Origin: Deltaproteobacteria bacterium
GTDB lineage: Bacteria; Desulfobacterota; Syntrophia; Syntrophales; Smithellaceae
DNA length: 39,512 nucleotides
Assembly (NCBI GenBank): GCA_025355175.1
Contig: JANYAF010000246.1
Coordinates: 1-39,512, forward strand
Direction of reading: 5' to 3'
This document shows, in pieces, positions 8,314 to 17,738 of the stretch. Each line of letters starts with the position of its first letter. Positions within the stretch are counted from its first letter, which is position 1. The position numbers and the translations under genes are program-made. Under the pieces are notes generated by a model that had not been told where the DNA came from, searched no databases, and saw only the letters and a program-made list of their open reading frames with translations.

Positions 8314-9194
8314 TTGATAAATGCCCTATTTGCGACACTGATCGCTTGCCGGAGGAAACCTTTCCCCTGCCAGGATATGCCATATTTACGTGCGGATCAT
8401 GTCGGACGCGATTTGTCCGGCCGCTCGTGGATAACGGAGAAGTTTATAACAATAACTTTATCAATACAAAAAAACCGTATCTGGATACGGTGTCCCTGAA
8501 TAAAAAAGCCTATAAGGAACTAAGCCCTTACTTTAACGTCATGGGCAAGCGAATACTCGATATCGGCTGCGGCACCGGGAGTTTCCTAAACAGCGTCAAA
8601 GAACAAAACGACGTTCTGGGCATAGAGATCAGCGAATCGTATAGCGCCTACCTTACAGCCAACAGCATACCCCACATGATCGGGAATCTGGAAGACAGCC
8701 TGAAGAAAATTCCCGACGGTTATTTCGATCTCATCACCTTATGGGATGTACTGGAGCATTTGCCTGATCCGTACAAGGTAACGGGAATGGTCAAGAACAA
8801 ATTGTCTCCCTCGGGCTTGCTGATCATTTGGACCAATAATTACGATGATTGCATTTCCTTTTTTGCAGAGACCGTCTACAAAATATCATTTGGTAAAATG
8901 AACTCGCTGCTGATGGCCAGCTTTAACCGGCGGGGAGGCCATAATTACAACTTTGTCGCCGGATCGCTGGAGGATCTTTATCGCCGCAATGAGCTCGAAA
9001 TCGTCAAATCCCTTGTAACGGATACAGCCAGTGGAAAATTAACGAACAGCCTCCCTTTCCGGGTCATTCTGGAGTTGTTCTACACTGCGAATAAATTGCT
9101 TGGGAAAGGCAAAATAATCTGCCACGTGTTAAAAAAAATGAATCCGGACAGCTGTTCAGCGCCCGCGGAACCGGAAGAAAAGAATAGTATCTAA
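8310..9194 (+). CDS. Class I SAM-dependent methyltransferase with N-terminal Zn-binding cysteines
   Basis: CPIC..CGSC, ILDIGCGTG and FDLITLWDVLEHL. ATGA overlap with the GT2 gene. Confidence 0.85.
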   Translation: MIDKCPICDTDRLPEETFPLPGYAIFTCGSCRTRFVRPLVDNGEVYNNNFINTKKPYLDTVSLNKKAYKELSPYFNVMGKRILDIGCGTGSFLNSVKEQNDVLGIEISESYSAYLTANSIPHMIGNLEDSLKKIPDGYFDLITLWDVLEHLPDPYKVTGMVKNKLSPSGLLIIWTNNYDDCISFFAETVYKISFGKMNSLLMASFNRRGGHNYNFVAGSLEDLYRRNELEIVKSLVTDTASGKLTNSLPFRVILELFYTANKLLGKGKIICHVLKKMNPDSCSAPAEPEEKNSI

Positions 9195-9197
9195 AAA

Positions 9198-10736
9198 TTG
9201 CCGATCGCTGCTAAAACGAAAAAAAGAATACTGATGGTTTACCCCCAAATGGGGATGTCGGGTAATTTGGTTCAGCATATGCCGCTAAGCCTTCTTTACG
9301 CGTCAGTCGACTCCATTAAGGCCGGATTGGCCATTGATATTGTGGATGTTCGGCTTCATCCCGGGAATTGGGAGGATATCATCTCAGGCAAAGTAACGCC
9401 CGATACCGTCCTTATCGGTGTAAGCGTTATCACGGGAACGCCGATAAAAAATGCTCTGGAAATTACCCACTGGGCTAAAAATAAATATCCTCATATCGGC
9501 ATTGTCTGGGGAGGGCCGCACGCTACATTCAACGGCCGCGAGATAATGGATGATCCGAGTATTGATTTCGCCGTCAGCGGTTATGGCTCGCTTACACTAT
9601 CTCTTCTGGCCAGAAATCTGATTAACGAACCGGGAGCGCCTGAGCTTTCGGAAATCAAGGGGTTGTTTTACAGAGAAGAAGGCGTTGTTCGGGAGAATTT
9701 GCCGGAAGCAAAATTCGAGATGTTCGATTACCGGGACATTCCCTATCATCTTATCGAAAAAGATATGGATCTCTACGGACAATTAGATAATGGGGAAAGG
9801 ATATTTTCCATTTACAGCGCTATGGGTTGCCCGTACAATTGTGCATTTTGTTCTTCTCCCGCGCAATATAAAAACATTAAAAGAAAATATGAGCCTATTC
9901 CCGCTGCAGAAGTTGTTGATCACATAGCGTATGTTCACAATGTGTATCGAGCTTCCTATATCTACTTCATTGATGACGACTCATTTGTCGATATCAGGCA
10001 CGTGGAAAATATTATCGATGAAATCCGCCAAAGAGGCCTTTCCGTCCACCTTGGGTTTCGGGGAGCACGGATCAATGAAATCAAGAAAATGAGTGACGAA
10101 TATCTGGGCAAATTGGCTCAGGCCGGGACGAATATTTTTCATATCGGCGCCGAATCAGGTTCACAGGCAATTTTAGATAGGATTAACAAGAATTGCACGG
10201 TCGAAGATATCACTGAAGTCAATAGGAAAATGGCGCGTCATCCGGAAATTACCGCCGCTTATAACTGGATTGTCGGCCTGCCCGAAGAAACACCGCATGA
10301 TCTCGAACTGACCCGGAAATTGATTTTAAGGATACTCCGGGATAACCCGAAGGCCATTATTTTTATCCCGAATAAATATCGGCCGCTGCCCGGAACGGCG
10401 CTATATGATATTGCTCTTAAACACGGTTACACGAAACCCAGACGGATAGAGGATTGGATCGAGATCGAGGCCGAAAGTGACTACTGCCCTCCGTGGTATT
10501 CAAAAAAGACGGCAAAGATTATTCACATGATGCAGATCGCGTCATTTTTTATAGATGATAAAATTAATAAAGTTGATATCGGCAATACATTCCGGTTCAA
10601 GGTGGCTCGGTTGGCGGCCTTTCTGTATGGCCCTATTGCGAAAATACGCTTCAAGTACGGTATAACCGCTCTGCTCATTGAATATAAAATATTTTATTGG
10701 GCCTCCGGTGTTTTTGCAAAACAGGAAAATAAGTAG
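9198..10736 (+). CDS. B12-binding-domain radical SAM protein (class B methyltransferase-like)
   Basis: Cobalamin-binding domain (PLSLLY, IGVSVITG, VWGGPHAT), GCPYNCAFC (CxxxCxxC), FIDDDSF, IGAESGS and PLPGTALY. TTG start. Confidence 0.88.
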   Translation: MPIAAKTKKRILMVYPQMGMSGNLVQHMPLSLLYASVDSIKAGLAIDIVDVRLHPGNWEDIISGKVTPDTVLIGVSVITGTPIKNALEITHWAKNKYPHIGIVWGGPHATFNGREIMDDPSIDFAVSGYGSLTLSLLARNLINEPGAPELSEIKGLFYREEGVVRENLPEAKFEMFDYRDIPYHLIEKDMDLYGQLDNGERIFSIYSAMGCPYNCAFCSSPAQYKNIKRKYEPIPAAEVVDHIAYVHNVYRASYIYFIDDDSFVDIRHVENIIDEIRQRGLSVHLGFRGARINEIKKMSDEYLGKLAQAGTNIFHIGAESGSQAILDRINKNCTVEDITEVNRKMARHPEITAAYNWIVGLPEETPHDLELTRKLILRILRDNPKAIIFIPNKYRPLPGTALYDIALKHGYTKPRRIEDWIEIEAESDYCPPWYSKKTAKIIHMMQIASFFIDDKINKVDIGNTFRFKVARLAAFLYGPIAKIRFKYGITALLIEYKIFYWASGVFAKQENK

Positions 10737-10985
10737 GCAAGGGGGGCACGGTCGTTTAGTACACCACCCGGCAAAATCATTTCCACGGTCATAAATAACG
10801 AGTTTTTCCTCATTTTTCCAAGAAGTTCGAAGGACGATAAAACCAACTCGGCATCATTAACAGGCGATAAATAATCATCCGGTAAAGAGCGAGCATTTTT
10901 TATCCCTTTCCGTGGTCATACTTAGAATGATTAGGATGAGCGGCACATTGAGGCGGCGTTAGCGACATTGGGCTGACGAGAGGTC

Positions 10986-12893
10986 ATGGCAAAAAAGGAT
11001 AATCAAATAATTAAAGCATTTGCGTGCGCCTATTTCTTAAGTACCATCATCATTGGGGGGATACTGTTTTCCGTTTATTCCTTTTCTGTAACAATATTTA
11101 TATTTTTTGCTTTGATTTTGGTTTTCATCGTTGCAGCCGGGCTGCTGGGAACGATTCCTGTGGTCGGTAAGCGCTTTCGCGCTGCGGCAATTCTTCTTCC
11201 CATAGCTTCAATTCTCCTATTGTCGATTTATGTAAATGCTCCTTTTTATCAGATATATAAATTTATGTTTCTCATTTGCTTTTATTGGGCGTTGGGGTTC
11301 TTCCCGGCAGTTCAATGGACTGATAATTCTACGTCAATGGTGTTAACTGCGGGGTTGGCATTATTAATCGGATATTTGCTCTTCAATGTAATAACCGCTG
11401 TCATGGTTATATGTTGCGGAGTGGCTATGGGATCCTTTGTTTCTGCTGCTGTCGCGTTCATCGCCATTATTTTCTGGTTCGTTCTGACCGGTAGAAAACG
11501 AGGGCTTATCACGCATTTCCTAAATAGAAATAAACCTCAAATGGAAGACAGACAGCTTCTGGCTGTGATTCTTCTGGCCTTGCTGGCTAATGCGCTTTTC
11601 CTGAATTATCAGTACCCGCACTGGCATAGAGAATCTTATTTCGAATTTGTAAAGATATTGTTTTACGGCGGTGTTTTCGATATCGGAAACCTGCCCGGGA
11701 ATATGGCCGCGAATGCCCACATGATATCTTTATTTGTTCCACCAGTCTGGGCAACGTTGCTTGGTTTGGATATTGCCACCGCCACTTATTTTGAATTGCT
11801 GGTAGGCCATTTAGGTCTGTATATGGCGGTTTATATATTTTCCATGATGCTATTTAAAAGACATTCATACGCACTTGGTTCATTGATATTCATTGCTTTT
11901 CTCGGCGAGCTCCATCTCTATGCTTACGGTTTCTCCCATCTTTTTCACAACGGGAATCTGGCCGATTTCTTCCCCCTGAATATGGAAACATGGCGATCAT
12001 TCCTTGTTTTTTTACGATCACGATTGATGCCGCTTTTTCATCCGTGGGCGCTGACAGCATACATTGATATCGCGAAGAGCTATGCCGCGTTATTGCTTTG
12101 TATTTATCTGGTCTGCCGGCGAAACAAGGACTGGTCGGCCCTTATTTACGCCGGATTTGTTATGATTATAATTATGGGCTGCGGTGAAGAGTATTTATTA
12201 TTTACGTTTCTGGTGTTTATATCGATCTATTTATTAGCTTATTTCCGGTATGCTAATAATTTGCGCATCACTGCAGGATTATTTATTGGTCTGCTGATCG
12301 GATTTCCTTTGTACTTCTATTTATCCGTCAGCAAAGGTGCCCTGAATATGCTCAATCAGGGATCGATTTTTATTAAAACATTTAATGAAGCTGGTATATA
12401 CCTTTTCGAAGCCGGGAAGCTATCATTCAACTGGCCCAGTATTCGGTATTTACTCCTCGATTTTGCTTATCCGGTTATCTTCATTATCCTCTTTATTATT
12501 CAACGCTATATGGTGTCCAAAAACGAAATTAAAGGAGAAAACAATGGTCGTTTAATATTTGCACTATCAATGACTTTTATCTTAATGATATTTATTCCGC
12601 TATTTCTGGGTTCGACAGGGATGATCAATTGGAATCTCAATCGTTTTATGGCCCCACTAATATTCTGGATCTATATTTTAGCCGGAGCCAGTTTTGTTTA
12701 TTTGTTTTCCCATCGCTTAGCAGTAAAGACCACAGTTATTGTTCTACTGCTGCTGATTGGTATCTTTCCCACATTACGTTTGGCTTATTCTTCCCTGGTG
12801 TTCGAACCTGTCCGCATTGTAGACGGCGTGGAAACCGTTCTCGGACTGGACAAGCATCATTTATCGGCGGATCAACTAATAAGAATTAAATAG
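10986..12893 (+). CDS. Second large polytopic membrane protein, possibly GT-C-like
   Basis: 635 aa, hydrophobic almost throughout, with polar loops (YQYPHWHRESYFEFV; GCGEEY; NWNLNRF). RBS GAGAGG. The function is inferred from topology and context. Confidence 0.55.
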   Translation: MAKKDNQIIKAFACAYFLSTIIIGGILFSVYSFSVTIFIFFALILVFIVAAGLLGTIPVVGKRFRAAAILLPIASILLLSIYVNAPFYQIYKFMFLICFYWALGFFPAVQWTDNSTSMVLTAGLALLIGYLLFNVITAVMVICCGVAMGSFVSAAVAFIAIIFWFVLTGRKRGLITHFLNRNKPQMEDRQLLAVILLALLANALFLNYQYPHWHRESYFEFVKILFYGGVFDIGNLPGNMAANAHMISLFVPPVWATLLGLDIATATYFELLVGHLGLYMAVYIFSMMLFKRHSYALGSLIFIAFLGELHLYAYGFSHLFHNGNLADFFPLNMETWRSFLVFLRSRLMPLFHPWALTAYIDIAKSYAALLLCIYLVCRRNKDWSALIYAGFVMIIIMGCGEEYLLFTFLVFISIYLLAYFRYANNLRITAGLFIGLLIGFPLYFYLSVSKGALNMLNQGSIFIKTFNEAGIYLFEAGKLSFNWPSIRYLLLDFAYPVIFIILFIIQRYMVSKNEIKGENNGRLIFALSMTFILMIFIPLFLGSTGMINWNLNRFMAPLIFWIYILAGASFVYLFSHRLAVKTTVIVLLLLIGIFPTLRLAYSSLVFEPVRIVDGVETVLGLDKHHLSADQLIRIK

Positions 12894-12907
12894 AGAACTG
12901 ATTCATT

Positions 12908-14797
12908 ATGTGTGGAATTACGGGAATATTTTCTTACCGCGACGGACAAAAGACCTGGCCCGTTCCGGAGCTCGAACGAATGCTCGACCGTCTGTCGCAC
13001 CGCGGCCCCGACGACAAAGGGATGTATGTGGCCGACGGACTTTTTCTGGGACATACCCGTCTGGCGGTGATCGATTTGTCGCCGACGGGGCATCAGCCAA
13101 TGATCACCGCCGACGGCCGGTACATTATCAGTTATAACGGTGAAATTTATAACTTCCGGCAGATCCGCGATGAACTCGAGCAGAAAGATTATCGATTCCA
13201 TTCGCAATCGGACACCGAAGTATTGCTGTACGCCTGGCAGGAGTGGCAGGAAGCGTGTTTAGATAAACTTGATGGAATATTTGCCTTTGCCCTTTACGAC
13301 AGTAAAGAAAAAGAACTTTTTCTTGTTCGCGACCACCTGGGAATTAAGCCGCTATTCTATATGTTACAACGCGGTCAAATATTTTTCGCTTCTGAACTGA
13401 TGGCTTTGTTTGGTCCGCTGAATGCCTGCCCGGAAATGGACACGGAAGACCTTGATTCCTATTTTACCTTTAACTATCTTCCTGCGCCGCGGACAGGTTT
13501 GAAAAAAGTCTGCCAGCTTCCACCCGGAAGCTTTTTATCGGTGAGCAGGCATGGTGAAACGCTTAAGCGTTACTGGCGGCCGGTTTATCAAACAGATCTG
13601 CCGTCGCGATCATCCGGGCAGACCGAACGCTTTCAGGCCTTGCTTTCATCATCGGTGAAATCGCAATTGGTATCGGACGCCCCGCTCGGTCTTTTTCTTT
13701 CAGGGGGATTGGATTCCTATGCCGTGGCGCTTTCCGCGGTCGAGGCCGGCCGTCATCCGGAGGCCTTCACCCTGGGCTTTGACGAAAAGAACTTCAGCGA
13801 GGTGCCCGAAGCCCGGCAGTATGCCCGGCACCTGGGCATCCCCAACGAGTCCACCAATTTCATTTGGAGCGAAGAAGAGATTTATGCGGCACTGGAGGCC
13901 ATGAACGAGCTGTTGGCCGACGCTTCCTGTTTTCCGCTGTTTCAGTTGTCCAGGTACGCCCGGAAGAGGGTTACCGTTGTCCTCGCCGGCGACGGCGGGG
14001 ATGAACTCCTGGCCGGATACGACACCTACAGAGCCGGAGAAATTACCCCCTTGATCAGAGGGATACCCCGCACTCTGCGAGGGTACTTGCGGGCCTTTGC
14101 CCGGTATCTTCCCTCGGATAATCGCCGTTATGGCATCAGAATGGTTACAGAGCGCCTTCTCGATGCGGCCGAAGAGGGGGCAGGTAGAGACCATGCCTCA
14201 TTCCGTCGCATTTTTCCCCCGGGGATGAAGAAACGTTTATATCATCCTGATTTCTTCCGGGAGTCGGTAAAATTTGATCCCGTGGGCGAATATGCGAATC
14301 TCATGAAAGAAGTTCCGGTGGAGAGGTCCTATTTGACGGCACGCCAGCATGCCGATTTGACGTTTCATTTGCCAAGTATTTTAGCCAAAGTCGACAGAAT
14401 GAGCATGGCCAACGGCCTGGAAGTAAGAGTGCCTCTTTTAAGCCGGCAGATGGTGGAATTTTGTATAAATATTCCTGATGACGCCAAAAGGACGGGTTAT
14501 AAAGGTAAACAGGTATTGCGGGAGGCGATTGCGCGGAAAGCACCCGGGAAAAGCTTGTCGCGTCCCAAAGCGGGATTCTTACCGCCCGTTGACCAGTGGT
14601 TCAGAGGAACCGGACCGATGAATGCCGTGTTTGCCGATCATCTTCAGCGGGCGAAGTCGTCTGTTGATTATCTGAACTGGGAAGAGGTCGGCCAGATCTG
14701 GGAGGAGCATCGAAAACACAAAATTGAAGCGGGATTCGTTCTTCTGGGAATTCTGCAGTTCATGAATTGGAGCCGGCAGTGCAGAGTCAGAGCGTAG
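12908..14797 (+). CDS. asnB: Asparagine synthase (glutamine-hydrolysing) family amidotransferase, probably glycan-modifying
   Basis: N-terminal MCGI (Ntn cysteine), HRGPD, YNGEIYNF, LSGGLDS, GDGGDELLAGY and KVDRMSMANGLEVRVP. Confidence 0.92.
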   Translation: MCGITGIFSYRDGQKTWPVPELERMLDRLSHRGPDDKGMYVADGLFLGHTRLAVIDLSPTGHQPMITADGRYIISYNGEIYNFRQIRDELEQKDYRFHSQSDTEVLLYAWQEWQEACLDKLDGIFAFALYDSKEKELFLVRDHLGIKPLFYMLQRGQIFFASELMALFGPLNACPEMDTEDLDSYFTFNYLPAPRTGLKKVCQLPPGSFLSVSRHGETLKRYWRPVYQTDLPSRSSGQTERFQALLSSSVKSQLVSDAPLGLFLSGGLDSYAVALSAVEAGRHPEAFTLGFDEKNFSEVPEARQYARHLGIPNESTNFIWSEEEIYAALEAMNELLADASCFPLFQLSRYARKRVTVVLAGDGGDELLAGYDTYRAGEITPLIRGIPRTLRGYLRAFARYLPSDNRRYGIRMVTERLLDAAEEGAGRDHASFRRIFPPGMKKRLYHPDFFRESVKFDPVGEYANLMKEVPVERSYLTARQHADLTFHLPSILAKVDRMSMANGLEVRVPLLSRQMVEFCINIPDDAKRTGYKGKQVLREAIARKAPGKSLSRPKAGFLPPVDQWFRGTGPMNAVFADHLQRAKSSVDYLNWEEVGQIWEEHRKHKIEAGFVLLGILQFMNWSRQCRVRA

Positions 14798-15507
14798 ATA
14801 GCAGTTCCTTCTATGACGCGCAATGGAAGGAATGGGGTGACATGATAAAGTATTCGCCGGCGCCGCGATTTCGGAGAACAAGAATCATCTCCTGGTTGAG
14901 CAAACTACCGGTTAGCTCGCTGCTGGATGTCGGTTGTGGCAATGGAGAGTTTCTTCTGCAGGCACACAAGGCCCTGCCCGGAGTACAATTTACCGGCGCC
15001 GATGTTGCGGCGGAGCTTATTTCCTCAAACCGGTTACGGATGCCGATGTTCAATTTCGAAACTTTGGATATCGGACGGAATATCTTGCCGGTCCGGTATG
15101 ATGCGGTGACCTGCATGGAGGTCGTTGAGCACTGTACGGACTATCAGGAGGTCATTGTCAGGCTGGCCGAGATGACCAGACGCTGGCTTTTCCTCACGGT
15201 GCCCTGCGGCCCCCTTTTCGAGATTGACCGCCGCGTTGGGCATGTCAAGCACTTCCGCGCCGAAGAGATGCGCGAGGCGCTGTCCCGGGCAGGAATGAAA
15301 ACGGTAAAAATGCAGCGCTGGGGATTTCCTTTTTTCAATCTCTACAAACATGCGATCAATCTTTCACCGGAGCGGATGTGCGAGTCTTTTCTTTCATCCA
15401 GAGGCTATTCCCGGCAGCAAAAGGTTCTTGCCAGCGCAACTTATCTTTCCTTCCAATTGTCTCTGCCGTATGGAGGGTATCAGCTGTTCGCCCTGGCCAC
15501 CCGCTGA
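14779..15507 (+). CDS. Class I SAM-dependent methyltransferase
   Basis: LLDVGCGNG, YDAVTCMEVVEH, FLTVP and DRRVGHVKHF. GTG at 14779 follows GGAG; TTG at 14767 is an alternative start. Confidence 0.85.
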   Translation: MQSQSVDSSSFYDAQWKEWGDMIKYSPAPRFRRTRIISWLSKLPVSSLLDVGCGNGEFLLQAHKALPGVQFTGADVAAELISSNRLRMPMFNFETLDIGRNILPVRYDAVTCMEVVEHCTDYQEVIVRLAEMTRRWLFLTVPCGPLFEIDRRVGHVKHFRAEEMREALSRAGMKTVKMQRWGFPFFNLYKHAINLSPERMCESFLSSRGYSRQQKVLASATYLSFQLSLPYGGYQLFALATR

Positions 15508-15555
15508 ATGGATGTATGAATAATCTTTGATCAAAGGGGTTGCAAGTATTGAAAA

Positions 15556-16554
15556 ATGAATAAACTACTTATTACCGGCGCCGACGGTTTTATAGGTTCT
15601 CATCTCACGGAGGCATTGATTACGCGCGGTTATAATGTCCGTGCCTTTGTCCTGTATAACTCATTTAATTCCTGGGGATGGTTGGATCATTCGGATCCGG
15701 AAATAAAAAAGAATATTGAAATCTTTGCGGGGGACGTGCGGGATCCTCATGGCGTCAGACAGGCGATGAAAGGGTGTGATGTTGTTTTCCATCTGGCTGC
15801 GCTGATATCTATCCCATACTCGTACCATTCGCCTGACACCTACATCGATACGAACGTAAAAGGCACACTGAATATCATACAGGCGGCGCGGGATCTGGGT
15901 ATATCGAGAGTTATTCACACCTCTACAAGTGAGGTTTATGGCACAGCCCGTTTTGTTCCCATTACGGAAGAGCATCCTTTGCAAGGCCAATCTCCCTATT
16001 CCGCAAGTAAAATTGGGGCTGACCATATTGCCATGTCTTTTTATCATGCCTTCAATACTCCCGTCAGTATTGTCCGTCCGTTTAATACCTACGGGCCGAG
16101 GCAATCCGCGAGGGCCATTATTCCTACGATTATCACGCAGATTGCCAGCGGTCGAAGAACAATAAAACTGGGATCTCTGAGCCCGACCCGTGATTTCAAT
16201 TATGTGGCAGACACCGTTAACGGTTTTATTGCCGTGTCAGAATCGGATCAGGCATTGGGGGAAGTGATTAATATAGGAAGCAATTATGAAATTTCTATAG
16301 CTGATACAGTCAAGCTCATTGCCGATATCATGAATGTACATATAGAGATTGAATGCGATTCACAACGGATCAGACCGGAAAAAAGTGAAGTGGAGCGATT
16401 GTGGGCAGATAACAGCAAGGCCCGGAAAGTGACCGGATGGATACCTGCTTGTGAGGGAATCGACGGCTTAAGACGAGGCTTGAAAGAAACAGTGGCATGG
16501 TTTATTAATTCGGATAACTTGAAACAGTATAAACCGGGAGAATACAATATTTAA
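15556..16554 (+). CDS. legB: NAD-dependent NDP-GlcNAc 4,6-dehydratase, LegB-type
   Basis: ITGADGFIGSHL, YNSFNSWGWLD, HLAALISIPYSY, QGQSPYSASK and RPEKSEVERL; first gene of the leg-type run. Confidence 0.88.
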   Translation: MNKLLITGADGFIGSHLTEALITRGYNVRAFVLYNSFNSWGWLDHSDPEIKKNIEIFAGDVRDPHGVRQAMKGCDVVFHLAALISIPYSYHSPDTYIDTNVKGTLNIIQAARDLGISRVIHTSTSEVYGTARFVPITEEHPLQGQSPYSASKIGADHIAMSFYHAFNTPVSIVRPFNTYGPRQSARAIIPTIITQIASGRRTIKLGSLSPTRDFNYVADTVNGFIAVSESDQALGEVINIGSNYEISIADTVKLIADIMNVHIEIECDSQRIRPEKSEVERLWADNSKARKVTGWIPACEGIDGLRRGLKETVAWFINSDNLKQYKPGEYNI

Positions 16555-17738
16555 TGGGAAACCTGGATATTGAGGGAATCATTAATGCCCTCAGAACCAT
16601 TACTAGCGGGCATCAGGGACCGGTTTCTCTCCACGAGCCAACCTTGCGTGGCAATGAATGGGCTTATGTAAAGGATTGTCTCGATTCGACATGGGTTTCC
16701 TACGTGGGCCAATATGTGGACAGGTTCGAATCCATGCTGGCCGAATTTACAGGTGTCAAAAAAGCGGTAGCCGTTGTTAATGGTACCACCGCACTGCATA
16801 TTGCCCTGAAATTGGCCGGAGTTGAACCGGGCGATGAGGTTTTTGTGCCGGCATTGACATTTGTTGCAACGGCCAATGCCGTGGCCTATTGCGGAGCAGT
16901 CCCTCATTTCGTGGATTCTGAAGAGAGAACCCTTGGACTTGATCCCCATAAACTGAGAGACTATCTGAAAAGTATTGCTCGGATTGACGTGGGCGGCTGT
17001 ACGAATAAATTTTCCGGAAGGCGGATAAAGGCCGTTATTCCGATGCACGCTTTCGGGCACCCTGTCGATCTTGATTCCCTTGCTGAAGTTTGCAAGGAAT
17101 ACAAAATAGAAATGATTGAAGATGCGGCAGAGTCTCTTGGTTCATACTATAAGGGTAAGCATACGGGGAATTGGGGAAAATTGTCTGTCCTGAGTTTTAA
17201 TGGAAACAAAACGATCACCACGGGCGGTGGCGGAGCGATCATGACCAATGATGAGCATCTGGGTAAAATGGCCAAGCACCTGACCTCAACTGCCAAGATT
17301 CCCCATCGGTGGGAATATCGCCACGACTATATCGGATACAACTACCGTCTTCCCAACATCAATGCCGCAGTGGGTTGTGCCCAGATGGAGCAGCTTCCTG
17401 AATTCCTGGTTCGGAAAAGGCATCTTGCAGAGCGTTATTGCGATACCTTCAAGAAAATACAAGGTGTCCGCTTTTTTAAAGAACCTTCTTTTGCCAGCAG
17501 TAATTATTGGTTGAATGTTCTCCTTTTAGATGAGGCTTCCTACAAAAAACGGGATGAGGTACTTGAGGCGACAAATGATCAGGGTTTCAAAACCCGTCCG
17601 GCATGGGATCTCCTGAATACATTGCCAATGTTTCAGGATTGTTCTGCCATGGATCTTTCCTGTGCGGAAAATTTGGTAAAGCGCATCGTTAATATCCCCA
17701 GCAGCTCGTTTTTAGGAAAGGCTAATGCACAAACGTAA
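16554..17738 (+). CDS. legC: LegC-family PLP aminotransferase (DegT superfamily)
   Basis: SLHEP, CLDSTWVS, EDAAESLGS, SFNGNKTITTGGGG and GYNYRLPNINAA. TAATG overlap with legB. Confidence 0.9.
   Translation: MGNLDIEGIINALRTITSGHQGPVSLHEPTLRGNEWAYVKDCLDSTWVSYVGQYVDRFESMLAEFTGVKKAVAVVNGTTALHIALKLAGVEPGDEVFVPALTFVATANAVAYCGAVPHFVDSEERTLGLDPHKLRDYLKSIARIDVGGCTNKFSGRRIKAVIPMHAFGHPVDLDSLAEVCKEYKIEMIEDAAESLGSYYKGKHTGNWGKLSVLSFNGNKTITTGGGGAIMTNDEHLGKMAKHLTSTAKIPHRWEYRHDYIGYNYRLPNINAAVGCAQMEQLPEFLVRKRHLAERYCDTFKKIQGVRFFKEPSFASSNYWLNVLLLDEASYKKRDEVLEATNDQGFKTRPAWDLLNTLPMFQDCSAMDLSCAENLVKRIVNIPSSSFLGKANAQT

Noticed and set aside
3810-9138. Other T7-T8 and A8 homopolymers (e.g. 3810-3817, 9131-9138)
   Set aside because: The reading frames are intact and such runs are expected in AT-rich genes.
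9993-10010. CACGTGGAAA resembling a parS half-site
   Set aside because: The other half does not match TGTTNCAC, and it lies within coding sequence.
16763-16776. AGCGGTAGCCGTTG resembling the RfaH ops element
   Set aside because: It is an imperfect match inside legC rather than in a leader, with no JUMPstart context.
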